62,249 bases of DNA from Corallochytrium limacisporum Hawaii (GCA_002811645.1 PDIP01000075.1:1-62249), one strand, 5' to 3'. Positions 33,608 through 44,499 are shown, counted from the stretch's first letter. A program made the numbers and translations. The notes: a model not told the origin generated them from the letters alone.

Positions 33608-34660
33608 TCACTCCTGCTTCTTAGATGGAGGCTTGCGTAGCCGCATCAAGGCTTCCTGCGAATTAACTGCCGCCAAGTGACCGTCCCGCGTGTACATGCG
33701 ACTAATAGATACGCCACGGTTGGCACAAGCGCTCTGCGCTTCCATCTCGAACAAAATCCAGTCGTCCATGCGGAATGGACGATAGAACCACATAGCGTGG
33801 TCCAGGGATGCGACCATGACCTTTGAAGTAGGCCACTGGTACCAGGATTTCCGTAACGGGGTGATGCCGATAGCCCAGTCACTTGAGTACACAGCAATAC
33901 AGCGATGAAGATCCTCGTCATCGCCGAGACTGCCCACACCTTCCCCGGCCTTCATCCAAAAGTACGTCTTGGGCGAGACAGTGGCGGGATCAGGCGGCTC
34001 CAGAAAATTAACAGGATCAACATGCTTGACGTCTAGAGGGAAAGGTGCCGATTTATAGGCCTCTGCCACTGTTTTCAAGAATTTTGGCACCCTGTCAGAA
34101 GTGATCATTCGATCGATCTTCTCCATGGTGCTCGGCACATCCTCCGGTCCTGGTACGCTCGGCATTTCCGGTTGGTAATCCATGAAGCCTTCTTCCTGTG
34201 GCGAAAAGCTGACTTGTACACTGCAGATGATGTTGCCGTTCTGGCGTGCATCCACTTGTGTTGTGTGAAATGTGCGGCCCTCTCGCAGATACCGAACCTG
34301 GTACACAATTGGCCGAGTGTGATCACCTCCACGTAGGAAGTAGGCATGCAAAGAATGGCACGACCGCTTCACTCCGTCGCGCATGCTTGCGTCGATGGTA
34401 AAATGGGCAGCCCTAATGGCCTGGCCGATGACCTGACCTCCGAAAACTGCTGCACCCATTGCAGGCTTCCATAGATCCTTCTCCTTTGCGACATAAATAT
34501 CTGTATCCACTTCTTCTAACTTCAAGGCGTTCAGCAGAAGCTCGGAAGATGCTGAACCATAGTGACGACTACTGTTACCCAACAGTACACCTGTCGGACG
34601 TCCTATCCCACGGAACGCCGCAACTTGCACGATTGACTTCTGGGCTGCTGTTCGTAACAT
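33608..34660 (-). CDS. ACOT8: Acyl-CoA thioesterase II (TesB/ACOT8 family)
   Basis: VFGGQVIGQA, HSLHAYFL..G, REGRTF, YSSD, SLDHAMWF and SQEALMR motifs. Confidence 0.93.
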   Translation of the reverse strand: MLRTAAQKSIVQVAAFRGIGRPTGVLLGNSSRHYGSASSELLLNALKLEEVDTDIYVAKEKDLWKPAMGAAVFGGQVIGQAIRAAHFTIDASMRDGVKRSCHSLHAYFLRGGDHTRPIVYQVRYLREGRTFHTTQVDARQNGNIICSVQVSFSPQEEGFMDYQPEMPSVPGPEDVPSTMEKIDRMITSDRVPKFLKTVAEAYKSAPFPLDVKHVDPVNFLEPPDPATVSPKTYFWMKAGEGVGSLGDDEDLHRCIAVYSSDWAIGITPLRKSWYQWPTSKVMVASLDHAMWFYRPFRMDDWILFEMEAQSACANRGVSISRMYTRDGHLAAVNSQEALMRLRKPPSKKQE

Positions 34661-35563
34661 ACCCCGGTTTCGAATATCCCAAAATCTATACTTCGACTGG
34701 TTATCTGTTGCAATTGATCACTGATTGTAGTCTGCAACTCTGTCATAGGTCAGATGACTTGATCTGTGGATTCTTCGTCTCAAGTATCAAACTGCGAATG
34801 GTGACGAGTCTGGTCATGCCACATCAGTGGCCATGACCGGTATACCGTCCGAACGGCGCCACGCATGGTACGGAGGTATCTGTAATCCCCCAGCCAATAC
34901 AGTTACAGAGAAGCGAAAATTGGGGTATCCCCCGTGCAGTTGGAGTCTATTTTCTGCTGCGAATTCTCATCCATCCCCAGCCGATCGGCACGAATCGCCT
35001 GTTCTCCCCTCTCACTAAACTACCGGTGGTACTGCCAATATGGCCTCCCACCGTCACTTCCTCCTCGGCGGGTCATGTGACTCTCCTCGCTTTCTCGCGT
35101 TCGCAGACGACGAACAGGGTATCGACAGCCAAATAATCCCAAGGTGACGGTGGAAGCAACAGGTGGGCAAGGTGTGCTCTCTTCGGAGGGTGCGGTCCTC
35201 ATGCCTTAAGCTTCCGTTGACGTTGGTCGATTGCGAAAAGCACAGAAACAGGCAGAGAGATGTGTGCGAAATTCCCAGTTTCCACCGCGCCCGACATGGA
35301 ATAAAATACTACCTGAATACCCTAATAAGTCATCGAAGTGTTTAATTAGGAGTCTAATTTTAAGTGTGTGCGTATGGAGCGAGCACCTCGCCAGCTTTGG
35401 ATCGGCGGGTCTCACAGTTTCGTTTAATGGCATGTGGCTATTTAGGACAGAGTGAAGTTGATCTAGGCTGGCTTGGTAATTACGCATAGACGAAGAGGGT
35501 GCAACATCTAAGAGAGAAACAGCAGTATGTTCAGATAGTTTTGAAAAAAGAAAGATAATAGCC

Positions 35564-38500
35564 ATGGCAGACGGCGACGAGGAGGCCTCTCGCCGTTTCA
35601 TGGAGCAAGTGGCCTCAGGCACAATTGAGGCTGCCGCATCCGTAGGCCAACAGGGCCATATCATTCGTACTCCGACAAATCCTAGATCTGAAATACGGGC
35701 TAACATAGCACCACGCGGTGGGTATGCAGAGATGCATGATGGTGAGGAGAACGCAGAACGTGACCGGTGGACCGTAGAAGAAACGAACGAGCCACCAATC
35801 GTCGACGTACGGGCAGTCTCGGTCATGGAGCGGACATTCGACGATCTGGAACAGTACAAAGCGCCAGAGCTCATTAGAACAGAGAAAGGATTTCCGAGCG
35901 CCGAAAAACTTGTCCAGTCATCCTCGTCGGAACCTGTCGCCGCACCGCGCAAAAAGAAATCTCTGTTCGCCCAACGCAAAGCAGCAATGAAGTCCTCCGC
36001 TTCTGCTAGTAGTTCAGCGGCTGCGGCCCCGCCACAGGGATCGCCCATAGCAAATAATAGTACAGAAGCGGGCAGGATCATTGCGAGCATGTCAAAACAG
36101 GAGCGAGCAGAGTATTTGCGAGATGCACGTGAGTTGATTGGCAATGACACGATCAAGCGTTACCTGTCCACGGCTGGCAGTAAATCCGCACGGGATCGGT
36201 TCCGGGAAGCTAATATAGGTTATGAACCCGAAAAGGATATGCCCGCTGTGATGGAGAAGAGTAGGTCAGGAGGTCTGACAGCGGCTGTGAAAGTCCAACA
36301 GCCGCCTGAATCAACAAGTGTCGCCGCATCAGTTGGTACTACTGATCATTCAGCTATGCCCGTCCCAGACGTAGTCGCTGACCTACAGCGTCGCTATCCG
36401 AATCTCGGACCATTAGAAGTGGACAAAGTGCAATGGATGCTAAACCTTGACGAGGAGGAGAAAGCTAGGAAGACCAAAATGAATGATGTCGAGCATCCCG
36501 AGACGGTGCGTTGCGAGTGGCGCTTTGATTTTCAGGGAAAGATCGTCGGTGACAATGATACTGATCCGTACAGTGGACTGCATCACCACGGTGATGAACC
36601 CGAAAAGGGCGGTTACACAGTTACTGAACTTTTGATGCTCATGCGGAGCTCGTATCAAAGGCAACAAGTACTAGCATTTGATGTTATGGCAAGAGTATTG
36701 CGGAATGGCCTTAATGAGGGCTTTGATCGAAGAATCGAGACTCTTTTGCTGGAAGAATCGGGGGCTTCTCAACGTAACAAGGAACCAGGCCCTTTGTTTA
36801 CCATTCCCCAGCTGAAAACCATGTGTCTTGTCCTGCGCATTGGCATCGACTCTTCGACTCAAAGCACACAGGAAGCGGCATTGAACACTCTGAATGCCTT
36901 ACTGTATAATGCTGTGGATGTCGAGTGTGTTCAAGAATTTGCCATGCAAGTGTACAGGGGTGATGAAATGGTAGAAATGTGCCCATTGGTCGGGCCCCAG
37001 AATGAACTCTCAGAAGGAGAAGATGGTGGTGACGAGGCCGACGATGAGCATGCGGAGATGAAGGACCGGAAACGCTTGGAAAGAGACCTAAACTTGTGCG
37101 GGGTGGACCTTTTGGCAGGTTTCTTTGCCATGGACCTCGCAAAACGGGTTGAATTTGTACTTTATCAAGCGTTCCTCCGGTTTCAGCGATTGGATGAGCG
37201 GAAACAAAGCCACCAGATGGATCATGAACGTAAGGTTATTGGCCAGTGTATTGAGATCATGACCGCCGTCGCTTCACATTCTGGCGCGCTGGGTCATAAC
37301 ATGTTCCAGCAGTGTCAGCGGCTGGCTTCGATCTGTGAGGGGATTTTAGCGTGGCACCGGGACCACTCTGTGACTGCCCATTTGGTGCATACGGTGTTTC
37401 GTTTCATGCATGTCACGTGTGCATCTACACCGATCGGTGGAAAGAGCCTACTCAAATGTGCAGGTGCCACTCTGGGGAGCTACCTGATGAAGGCTGCATC
37501 TAGTTTGGATCTACTGTCTCGCAATGATCCATGTGAACGGGCGTCTATTTTTAAAGCAGCTACGCATGTAGTGAGCATCTGGCGTGCAGCAACCTATGCG
37601 GAATTGCTAGACATTGACGATGTCATGGATACTTACTTTTCGAGTTTGATGAGCCCACTGCGAAATCTCACCGCTTCTTCACCACAAGAACATCTTGAAC
37701 TGGCCTCTGCATCGCTGAGTTTGTTCACTGCTGTCGTTGAGCGTGGCAATGCTGCTCAATGGAAGAAAATTGCTGTGGTGTTTGACTTTGCGGTCTCAAT
37801 TCTTCGTCAGTTAAAGGATGTGGTTCTCGGCTACAATGGTATGGCTGATTCCATAACTCATGCAGTCGATCAAGGCCAACGAATAAGCCCATTTCTTCTG
37901 CTGCTTGGCAATTCAATGCATTTACTGGGTGCATACTATCAGAATATTCGCAGCTTGGAGAGTCTTAAGGACGTGCCGCGATATCTTTTGAGAGTGGAGG
38001 ATCTGACTCAGACACTCTTTGCGGAGGTAATTTCCAGTCAGGCAATGAAACACAGGGACGAATTCAGATCCCTCGTGGATAGCTTGCGGGCAATAGTTGT
38101 GGTCCCCCAGAATGCAAGCACCATTTATTTTCCACAGGCGCCTTCTCTGTTCACGAACAAGATCAGTGAAAAGGGGAGCCTGACTTCACAATCAGTACCT
38201 ATCCTGCAGCTGCTGACCTACACCAGTCACTACGACTCTAGTGTTTGGCACTTATGGTCCGGATTACGTGACTGCCACCCAGAGTATGATGTTCTGGCTT
38301 CCGAGATATTGACACCCTCTGTGTCACTGATCAAGTCTTTAATTGCCTTTAACTTGAGGCAAACGATTCTACAAATTATGCCTGGACTGGTTGGACGCAC
38401 CGGAGCGTATTTATTCCGCACTGACTCAGTCATGCAGCACTGGATCCTCAATGGCATTTCTCGTCTCGTCGGGAAGTCCGTGCACAAAACGGACGGAGAC

Positions 38501-39766
38501 AGTGCTGTGTTTGCCCTGGCACTCAGCCTAATGACCCGTATTCTACCAAATGATGAGATCCTGGCTCGGGAGATTCTCTCGAAGATGCTCTTTGCAGCTC
38601 CTCTTGCTACTGACTTGGCCCTTTGTGCTGATCAGAACGCCCTCCACGAGATCACTGAGATTTTGGGAACCGAAGATGAACAGGCTTTGATGGCTTCAAT
38701 GCGATCCCAATTGCTACCAACCTTCGTGTCCTCGGTCGAGCGAGGCAGCAAATTTGAACAACGCATTGAAGACGCCGGTCGCACATTGATCTGCCGTTCG
38801 ACAGGTTCCGTGGTGCCTTTTGACTGGCTTTTTATGCCCTTGGCTGCCTGGAGCACTGGGGCGTCTAAAGAGGGGACTGTCCTGCAAAGCTCGTGCACTG
38901 ACAAGCAAGTAATTAATTTCATCGCCTACCACATCTTGTTGCGAGAAACCTACCCAGATTTCTACTTGGCAGCCTACAACCCCGGTCTGTGGTATGTCCG
39001 CCTCACACTTATCATGCTGCTAGACGCGAACATATTCCTCGATCCGGGCGTGCTCAACCTCATGGGTAAGAACCTTGAATACTTAGTGAGTGTCAATAGC
39101 CGGTCCTGGTCATTGCACGAGATGGCTGTGGAGTCTCTGGATTTTGGGCCCGTCTACGAGCAGGCCCTGACGCGATTCGCGACCGAATCCTACGGCAATG
39201 AAGTGTGGGCCTGCTGGTTAATGTTTGCTCTTCGTGTGCACGGTGGCAGTGTCACACTACGCCGTGGATTCTGGGCTCATCCAGAGGAGGCACCCGCTAC
39301 CATCCGAGTGTCTGAGGAAGAGCTGACATCAACAGCTTTTCAAAAGAACCCGTCCCTGGCTGCGCGATTCATAGACTGGCTCTTCAAGGATCCCGATGCA
39401 GAGACCGACGGTGTAGTACTTCTGAACATGCTGCAGCTTGTCCGCACAGGCACCATTGGGCGTGGTCAGCACAAGTTTGTTCATGATCTGGCCTGCTTTC
39501 ATCTCGGCAGGGCTGTCACGCAGTTGCTAAAGGCCGCAGACGCTGACATCACAGCCAACGAGGGGCCCAAAACTCAGGAGATTCGGCCGTTGGCCGATGT
39601 CTTGCGTGGCATAGTGGCATTTCCACAGCCTTCACTCGCGCTGTGCCTCAGCCAGATACCCGCCAAACTACGGAAAGACCGACTTCCACAGGTAAGTTTG
39701 ATGGTTTTCGGACAACATGGAGAGGAACGTTGGATGCAACGGTTACAAACCGCGGTGGCAGAATAG
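35564..39766 (+). CDS. RPAP1: RNA polymerase II-associated protein 1 (RPAP1/Rba50/IYO)
   Basis: KKKSLFAQ, an RPAP1_N-like SMS..E helix, and RFDFQG..GLHHHGDEPEKGGYT..EL..L.RS..Q. Long helical-repeat body with ESYG near the C-terminus. Confidence 0.9.
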   Translation: MADGDEEASRRFMEQVASGTIEAAASVGQQGHIIRTPTNPRSEIRANIAPRGGYAEMHDGEENAERDRWTVEETNEPPIVDVRAVSVMERTFDDLEQYKAPELIRTEKGFPSAEKLVQSSSSEPVAAPRKKKSLFAQRKAAMKSSASASSSAAAAPPQGSPIANNSTEAGRIIASMSKQERAEYLRDARELIGNDTIKRYLSTAGSKSARDRFREANIGYEPEKDMPAVMEKSRSGGLTAAVKVQQPPESTSVAASVGTTDHSAMPVPDVVADLQRRYPNLGPLEVDKVQWMLNLDEEEKARKTKMNDVEHPETVRCEWRFDFQGKIVGDNDTDPYSGLHHHGDEPEKGGYTVTELLMLMRSSYQRQQVLAFDVMARVLRNGLNEGFDRRIETLLLEESGASQRNKEPGPLFTIPQLKTMCLVLRIGIDSSTQSTQEAALNTLNALLYNAVDVECVQEFAMQVYRGDEMVEMCPLVGPQNELSEGEDGGDEADDEHAEMKDRKRLERDLNLCGVDLLAGFFAMDLAKRVEFVLYQAFLRFQRLDERKQSHQMDHERKVIGQCIEIMTAVASHSGALGHNMFQQCQRLASICEGILAWHRDHSVTAHLVHTVFRFMHVTCASTPIGGKSLLKCAGATLGSYLMKAASSLDLLSRNDPCERASIFKAATHVVSIWRAATYAELLDIDDVMDTYFSSLMSPLRNLTASSPQEHLELASASLSLFTAVVERGNAAQWKKIAVVFDFAVSILRQLKDVVLGYNGMADSITHAVDQGQRISPFLLLLGNSMHLLGAYYQNIRSLESLKDVPRYLLRVEDLTQTLFAEVISSQAMKHRDEFRSLVDSLRAIVVVPQNASTIYFPQAPSLFTNKISEKGSLTSQSVPILQLLTYTSHYDSSVWHLWSGLRDCHPEYDVLASEILTPSVSLIKSLIAFNLRQTILQIMPGLVGRTGAYLFRTDSVMQHWILNGISRLVGKSVHKTDGDSAVFALALSLMTRILPNDEILAREILSKMLFAAPLATDLALCADQNALHEITEILGTEDEQALMASMRSQLLPTFVSSVERGSKFEQRIEDAGRTLICRSTGSVVPFDWLFMPLAAWSTGASKEGTVLQSSCTDKQVINFIAYHILLRETYPDFYLAAYNPGLWYVRLTLIMLLDANIFLDPGVLNLMGKNLEYLVSVNSRSWSLHEMAVESLDFGPVYEQALTRFATESYGNEVWACWLMFALRVHGGSVTLRRGFWAHPEEAPATIRVSEEELTSTAFQKNPSLAARFIDWLFKDPDAETDGVVLLNMLQLVRTGTIGRGQHKFVHDLACFHLGRAVTQLLKAADADITANEGPKTQEIRPLADVLRGIVAFPQPSLALCLSQIPAKLRKDRLPQVSLMVFGQHGEERWMQRLQTAVAE

Positions 39767-39860
39767 TAAGCCAGTGCAGTGCAAGGCACTTGCCAGAAAT
39801 AAAGGTCACAAGATCGTGTATATTATTATGATGGTTTGTCTTTAGGAACTTTGCATTTTC

Positions 39861-41099
39861 TCACTGCATGGGACACCCCTGTGCGCCAAGCTGTGATGCA
39901 ACATTGTCAGGCAGTTTTGGCTGGCCGTTTGCATCGTACTCCATGCCTGGCACAACCTGTGACAACAGTGACTGCGGCGGATGACCGTGCTCCTGGACCT
40001 TGCTCATAAGCTCGAGGATCCGGTTGAAGTTGCCTGTTTCGTTCTCATAGGCCTCCTTGAGCTCCTTCATGACTCCGTACTGTGCCGTGTACTTTTTGTG
40101 TTCCTCCTCCGTCAGAGTGTCCTCGTTGGCATCCAACCATCCTGGATAGGCGTCCACAAGGTCTTTCACGGGCTCATAGATCATTTCTTTGCCCAAGAGC
40201 TGCTCCATCATGGCCTGCATGCCCGGTAACATAGAAGCATCACCTTCACCGCCCATGGACTTCAGTAGCTCCTCTAAGCCGTCCATCTCTGTGTCTTCAG
40301 TGCCTTCCCGTGTGTTCGTCTGCAGACGCTCCATTGCTGCGTTGATGCTTGACGCTAGAGGGTCGGTAGCAGGCGCGGCCCCTCTATCACCGGCTGGGGC
40401 CTTCGGAGTTGCCTTGGGTTTCGAAGCTGACGAGGATTCGGCTTTGGCAGGCGTGCCTGGTGCATTCACGACGTGACCCAGACCCATCTTGCCCATGATC
40501 TCGGCGAGCTCAGCCTCCTCTTCCTTAGTAATCTTCAGGTCTTCCGCCTTGGGAATTGCCTCAGCAGGAACACCCTCTGCCTTGAGCAGTTCTTGCATAA
40601 AGTTCGGATTATTCATCATTTCGGAGATGAGCTTCATGTCATCATCCACCGTCCGCTGACCAGACGCCGCCTGGGCTCCCAATTGGGCGAAAGGGGACAT
40701 GCCCGGCATCGCACTAGCAGCACCAGCAGGACCAGTCGGCGGAGGCGCCCCGGCCGCCGCTCCAGGGCCGCCTCCCACCATGGCCGCCATCATTTCCTGC
40801 ATGAAGGCCTGCGCCATATCAGCCTGTTGTCCTGCACCACCGGGAGCACCTCCCTGGCCCTGCATCATTGCCTCAAGCTGACTGGCGAACTGATCAAAGG
40901 AGGCATCATCGGATTCTAGCGCGTCTCGCAGGGCGTTTGCATCCATTAATCCCGGTCCTGTAGGGGCACTGGAATCACCAGCCTTCGTCGCTGTGGAGGA
41001 AGCTGCATTTTTCTTTGGAGAAGGCTTTTTCTTTGCGTCAAAGTCGTCCAGAGCTTCATTTAGAAGATCATCGAGATCGTCATCTACGCGGTCTCCCAT
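39861..41099 (-). CDS. PEX19: Peroxisomal biogenesis factor 19
   Basis: N-terminal DLDDLL.EALDDF, MMEQLLGKEMIYEP.KDL...YPGWL, MSKVQEHGHPP and CaaX CPMQ. ATG at 41099. Confidence 0.95.
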   Translation of the reverse strand: MGDRVDDDLDDLLNEALDDFDAKKKPSPKKNAASSTATKAGDSSAPTGPGLMDANALRDALESDDASFDQFASQLEAMMQGQGGAPGGAGQQADMAQAFMQEMMAAMVGGGPGAAAGAPPPTGPAGAASAMPGMSPFAQLGAQAASGQRTVDDDMKLISEMMNNPNFMQELLKAEGVPAEAIPKAEDLKITKEEEAELAEIMGKMGLGHVVNAPGTPAKAESSSASKPKATPKAPAGDRGAAPATDPLASSINAAMERLQTNTREGTEDTEMDGLEELLKSMGGEGDASMLPGMQAMMEQLLGKEMIYEPVKDLVDAYPGWLDANEDTLTEEEHKKYTAQYGVMKELKEAYENETGNFNRILELMSKVQEHGHPPQSLLSQVVPGMEYDANGQPKLPDNVASQLGAQGCPMQ

Positions 41100-41279
41100 T
41101 GTTTTTTGGTGTGTTAGGTTTGAAATCAGACTAAGAGTTTCTTTAACCACGGTGGTTTATTGTGTGCCAACTGGATTTCTTATTTGTCGATACCTAAAGC
41201 TCTCTTCTACCAACTCAGATACCATCATTAGAATCAAATGATAACCGAGACGATATAGAAAATTGACTTCTCAAGTTCC

Positions 41280-41960
41280 CGCAGGGAACCCAGAACGTTG
41301 TAAAGGTTATTGGGGCCTGCTGGCTTCCCTTAGTTCCAACCCGCGGGCGGTCTTTTTGCGGACCGAAACAGAAAGGTTGCAGGGGGAGGACGACGGGCCT
41401 TCCCGGTCCCCCTGGTCGGGTGGTTGTCCCCTGCCCGGAAGGTGGGCAGAAGGGGGAGGTGTGGTGTGGGGCCCCGGAAGGAACGGGGGCGAGGGGAGAG
41501 AGGGGGGAGAGAGTTCCNNNNNNNNNNNNNNNNNNNNNNNNNNNNNNNNNNNNNNNNNNNNNNNNNNNNNNNNNNNNNNNNNNNNNNNNNNNNNNNNNNN
41601 NNNNNNNNNNNNNNNNNNNNNNNNNNNNNNNNNNNNNNNNNNNNNNNNNNNNNNNNNNNNNNNNNNNNNNNNNNNNNNNNNNNNNNNNNNNNNNNNNNNN
41701 NNNNNNNNNNNNNNNNNNNNNNNNNNNNNNNNNNGGGGGGGGGGGTGTTGGTTGCACAGAATGTTTGGTCCCTGTCGCTATTTTTAGGCACCGCGGAGGA
41801 GGGTCTGAAAGTTGGGGTGGCCGTTGCGTGGGGGGGGGGGCACCCCGCGGGAAAGGGGGGGGGAGAGAGAGCGAGGATGGGTCCGCCAGTCCCGGGGGAG
41901 TCAACGGACCCTACGCACCCAGATGAAGCGAAGGGGGGAGGAAAGGGAGATCGCGGTAGA
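41280..41960. promoter_or_regulatory. G-rich island upstream of PEX19; contains N gap 41518-41734
   Basis: Dense G-runs matching the G4 consensus, 5' of the PEX19 start. Confidence 0.45.
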
Positions 41961-42109
41961 CCGGACTGTGCTGGACCATGACATTGTTGTTGGAATTGGT
42001 TTCTTAATCTGTACTGTAAACTATGGATACAATTATCTTGAGGTTACAATGCTCCTTCTGTCCGCTTGCAGCAAAGAGTTGTGTGGGATACGGTCAGGCG
42101 GGGACAATC

Positions 42110-44152
42110 TCATCCTTCCCTGGCGTCCTCCTTAACGTCGAGGTGGTAATAGCGGAATCTTTCGCCGGTGCCGCCTGCTGTGACCAGACCAGTATGCTGC
42201 CAGGATACCGGTTTTGAGAACATTGGCCCTTCTACACAGCAAGTGTGGAACTCACCGTTCTCACCACACGGATCGAGTCCAGCTTCTTCCAGGGCTTTCA
42301 CCATGTCCAAGTCCCACATCTTGCCCAGGATATCCATGTCTTTCGGCACCTGTTCAGTATCAACCACCACCACGACAGCCTTCAAACCGCCCTTGATCAT
42401 CTCTCGGGCGAGTTTCCCACTGTAGGCTATGCGTCGGATCTTGAGGTCGTCTTGTTTCGGGTTTCCTTCGCTGCTCTGCTTTTTCTCCGCCGCATCACAG
42501 TCCTCGTAGATCGGAAAAACTGCGTGCAGTGGTTTCTCCTTACCACGACCAGTGTCGAGCGCCAAGTCCCGCAGAGTCGTCCTGCGCCACGCTACGATAT
42601 CGGATAGAAAGATATCTCCGTACAATACACTTGTGATCTCATACTCCTTGATCGCCACCTTGAGAGTATCTGAGGTGACTCTGAGGTACACTTTGTTGTC
42701 TGGAGACTTTGGCATGACCGTCTTGACCATGGGAAGGCCAGTGCAAGTGGCCTGCTGGTCGAGCAGGCGCTCACTGACCGCCTGATGGACGTGCACACGT
42801 GCGTTGCCATCTTCCGGATCCGTCACGCAGCTCCAAAGGGCTCTTACACCCGAATGCATTAGGTGCAGAGTCCAGCAGCTGTCTTTGCCGCTGCTGAAGC
42901 TCAACAGTGCCTTCCTGGCTGGCCAAGATCCGCAGACACGGCAGAAGAGGGCACTTTGTCTGGGTAGATCATGTCCGCAAGAAGCGCATGGATCAATTCC
43001 CTGAAGTTTCTCTGAAATCCCTGACTCCCCAAAGACATCCACCCAGACCACGAGGTAGAACGCATGCTCCAAGCTACGCAGCGTTTGCGGTGCAATCAGG
43101 CCCGGCGGTACAGTGCCAATGATCGCCTCCTTCCGTGTGGAGTTGGCATCATAAAGATCCCTCGCGCGGCTGAGAGTGGAAATAAACCATGATTCGTTCA
43201 TGGCGGACGTGCGCTGCTGGGGCAATCCATCGGTGCTCTCATCTTGACGCCGGACTAACTCGTCCCAATATGCCGCTTGACTCAGGACTCGCGAGCCAGA
43301 ACCGAGTTCTATGGGATCCTTACGGCGCCACCGACTCGGACTCTTCGGGAAGGCCTCTCGCAGTGGAATCTTGCCCGTGACGTGTCTGATCCGGCCTTCC
43401 GTGGTCTGATCCTCCTTCAAAGGTTGCACCTCCATCCATGCTTCACCGATGAGATCAGCTTTGGTCAAAGATTTCATTGCCACGTCGATGAACTCTTCGG
43501 TCAGATACGGGCTCCGTACGTCAAGACCTTTGATCCTTCCCAAGTTTATTGTAGAAAAGGTCCACGTCTCTCTGATCTGGCGCCTCCTTAGTTCAAACGT
43601 GGCCGAATCCAATCCCCAAAAGAAACTGTACCCTCCGAGCAGCTCATCACTACCATCGCCGGTCAACACCATTTTGACGTTCGGATGTGTCTTGGTGAGG
43701 TGGTCCAGAGCCTTGGCACAGACCAGGGTGTTCCGGAGTTCCATACCATCGAACGACTGCAGATGGGTCACACAAAAGTTCAACAGATCCCGGTCACGGA
43801 GAAGATCCTCTGCAACCATTTTTAGAACTATGTGTTCGCTGTTCCTTACGCCAACTCTCTGCCCACAGGTCAGGGCGTACGGGGTGTCCGTTGCATCCTC
43901 GAGCAATACCGTGACCATCACAGTGGGCGGTCTGATCTTGACGGGTTTCTCGTCAACGCCATCTGAGTCGACGGCCTGATTGATCGCCTCTACGATAGCA
44001 GCAGTGTCCACACCCCCGCTCAGGATGAGTGCGTAAGGCACATCCGTCTCAGATACAATGCGATCCAAGGAATTGATCAGTGCTCTGCGGACCCGCGTCG
44101 CTGCATCTGTCAGAGTCGGCGCGCTACGCCCTTTATTTGTGTTTTCGTCCAT
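42110..44152 (-). CDS. Fusion of a glutaminase-less asparagine-synthetase domain, a CxxC..CxxC Zn ribbon and a Dph6/MJ0570 (DUF71/COG2102)-type ATP pyrophosphatase
   Basis: Domain 1: LSGGVDT, TGDGSDELLGGY, RSPYL, GKIPLREAF, WRRKDPIE.GSG. Linker: CASC..FCRVCG. Domain 2: SFSSGKDS, LLDQQA..GLP, GDIFLSDI..WR, DPCGENGEFHT..GPMF. One uninterrupted ORF. Confidence 0.88.
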   Translation of the reverse strand: MDENTNKGRSAPTLTDAATRVRRALINSLDRIVSETDVPYALILSGGVDTAAIVEAINQAVDSDGVDEKPVKIRPPTVMVTVLLEDATDTPYALTCGQRVGVRNSEHIVLKMVAEDLLRDRDLLNFCVTHLQSFDGMELRNTLVCAKALDHLTKTHPNVKMVLTGDGSDELLGGYSFFWGLDSATFELRRRQIRETWTFSTINLGRIKGLDVRSPYLTEEFIDVAMKSLTKADLIGEAWMEVQPLKEDQTTEGRIRHVTGKIPLREAFPKSPSRWRRKDPIELGSGSRVLSQAAYWDELVRRQDESTDGLPQQRTSAMNESWFISTLSRARDLYDANSTRKEAIIGTVPPGLIAPQTLRSLEHAFYLVVWVDVFGESGISEKLQGIDPCASCGHDLPRQSALFCRVCGSWPARKALLSFSSGKDSCWTLHLMHSGVRALWSCVTDPEDGNARVHVHQAVSERLLDQQATCTGLPMVKTVMPKSPDNKVYLRVTSDTLKVAIKEYEITSVLYGDIFLSDIVAWRRTTLRDLALDTGRGKEKPLHAVFPIYEDCDAAEKKQSSEGNPKQDDLKIRRIAYSGKLAREMIKGGLKAVVVVVDTEQVPKDMDILGKMWDLDMVKALEEAGLDPCGENGEFHTCCVEGPMFSKPVSWQHTGLVTAGGTGERFRYYHLDVKEDAREG

Positions 44153-44499
44153 GTCCTCACTCTTTGTTTGATCTCATCCGCGTAACATCATTCCCTCGCC
44201 GCCAGTGGTCTCTGAAACACAGATACTACCTCATCCGCCGGCTGAAAATGGTACCAGACTGTTAGTGTCCAGCCGATTCCGTTGATTACCTTGTCGCAAG
44301 GAATTGTCCCGTGAGAAACACGTGGGCTAGTCCAGACGTGTAGGACAATCTCCTCTGTTTCAATCGTACGCAATCGCTTGTGTTGTTCCCTTTTTTCTCT
44401 CTCCTATCCACCGGTTGGTACATGTTTTTATGCCCACCACAGCTACCAAAGAGCTTTTTGTGTGTTACCAGCTTGACGCTTGTGCCGTGAGCACGCGCC

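Noticed and set aside
10317-41099. Three CaaX proteins, and peroxisomal genes DAO and PEX19, as a functional cluster
   Set aside because: MINDY and PEX19 CaaX motifs are family-typical, and the genes are interspersed with unrelated ones, so chance is sufficient.
15127-41981. ORFs containing X runs
   Set aside because: They are open only because they cross N gaps.
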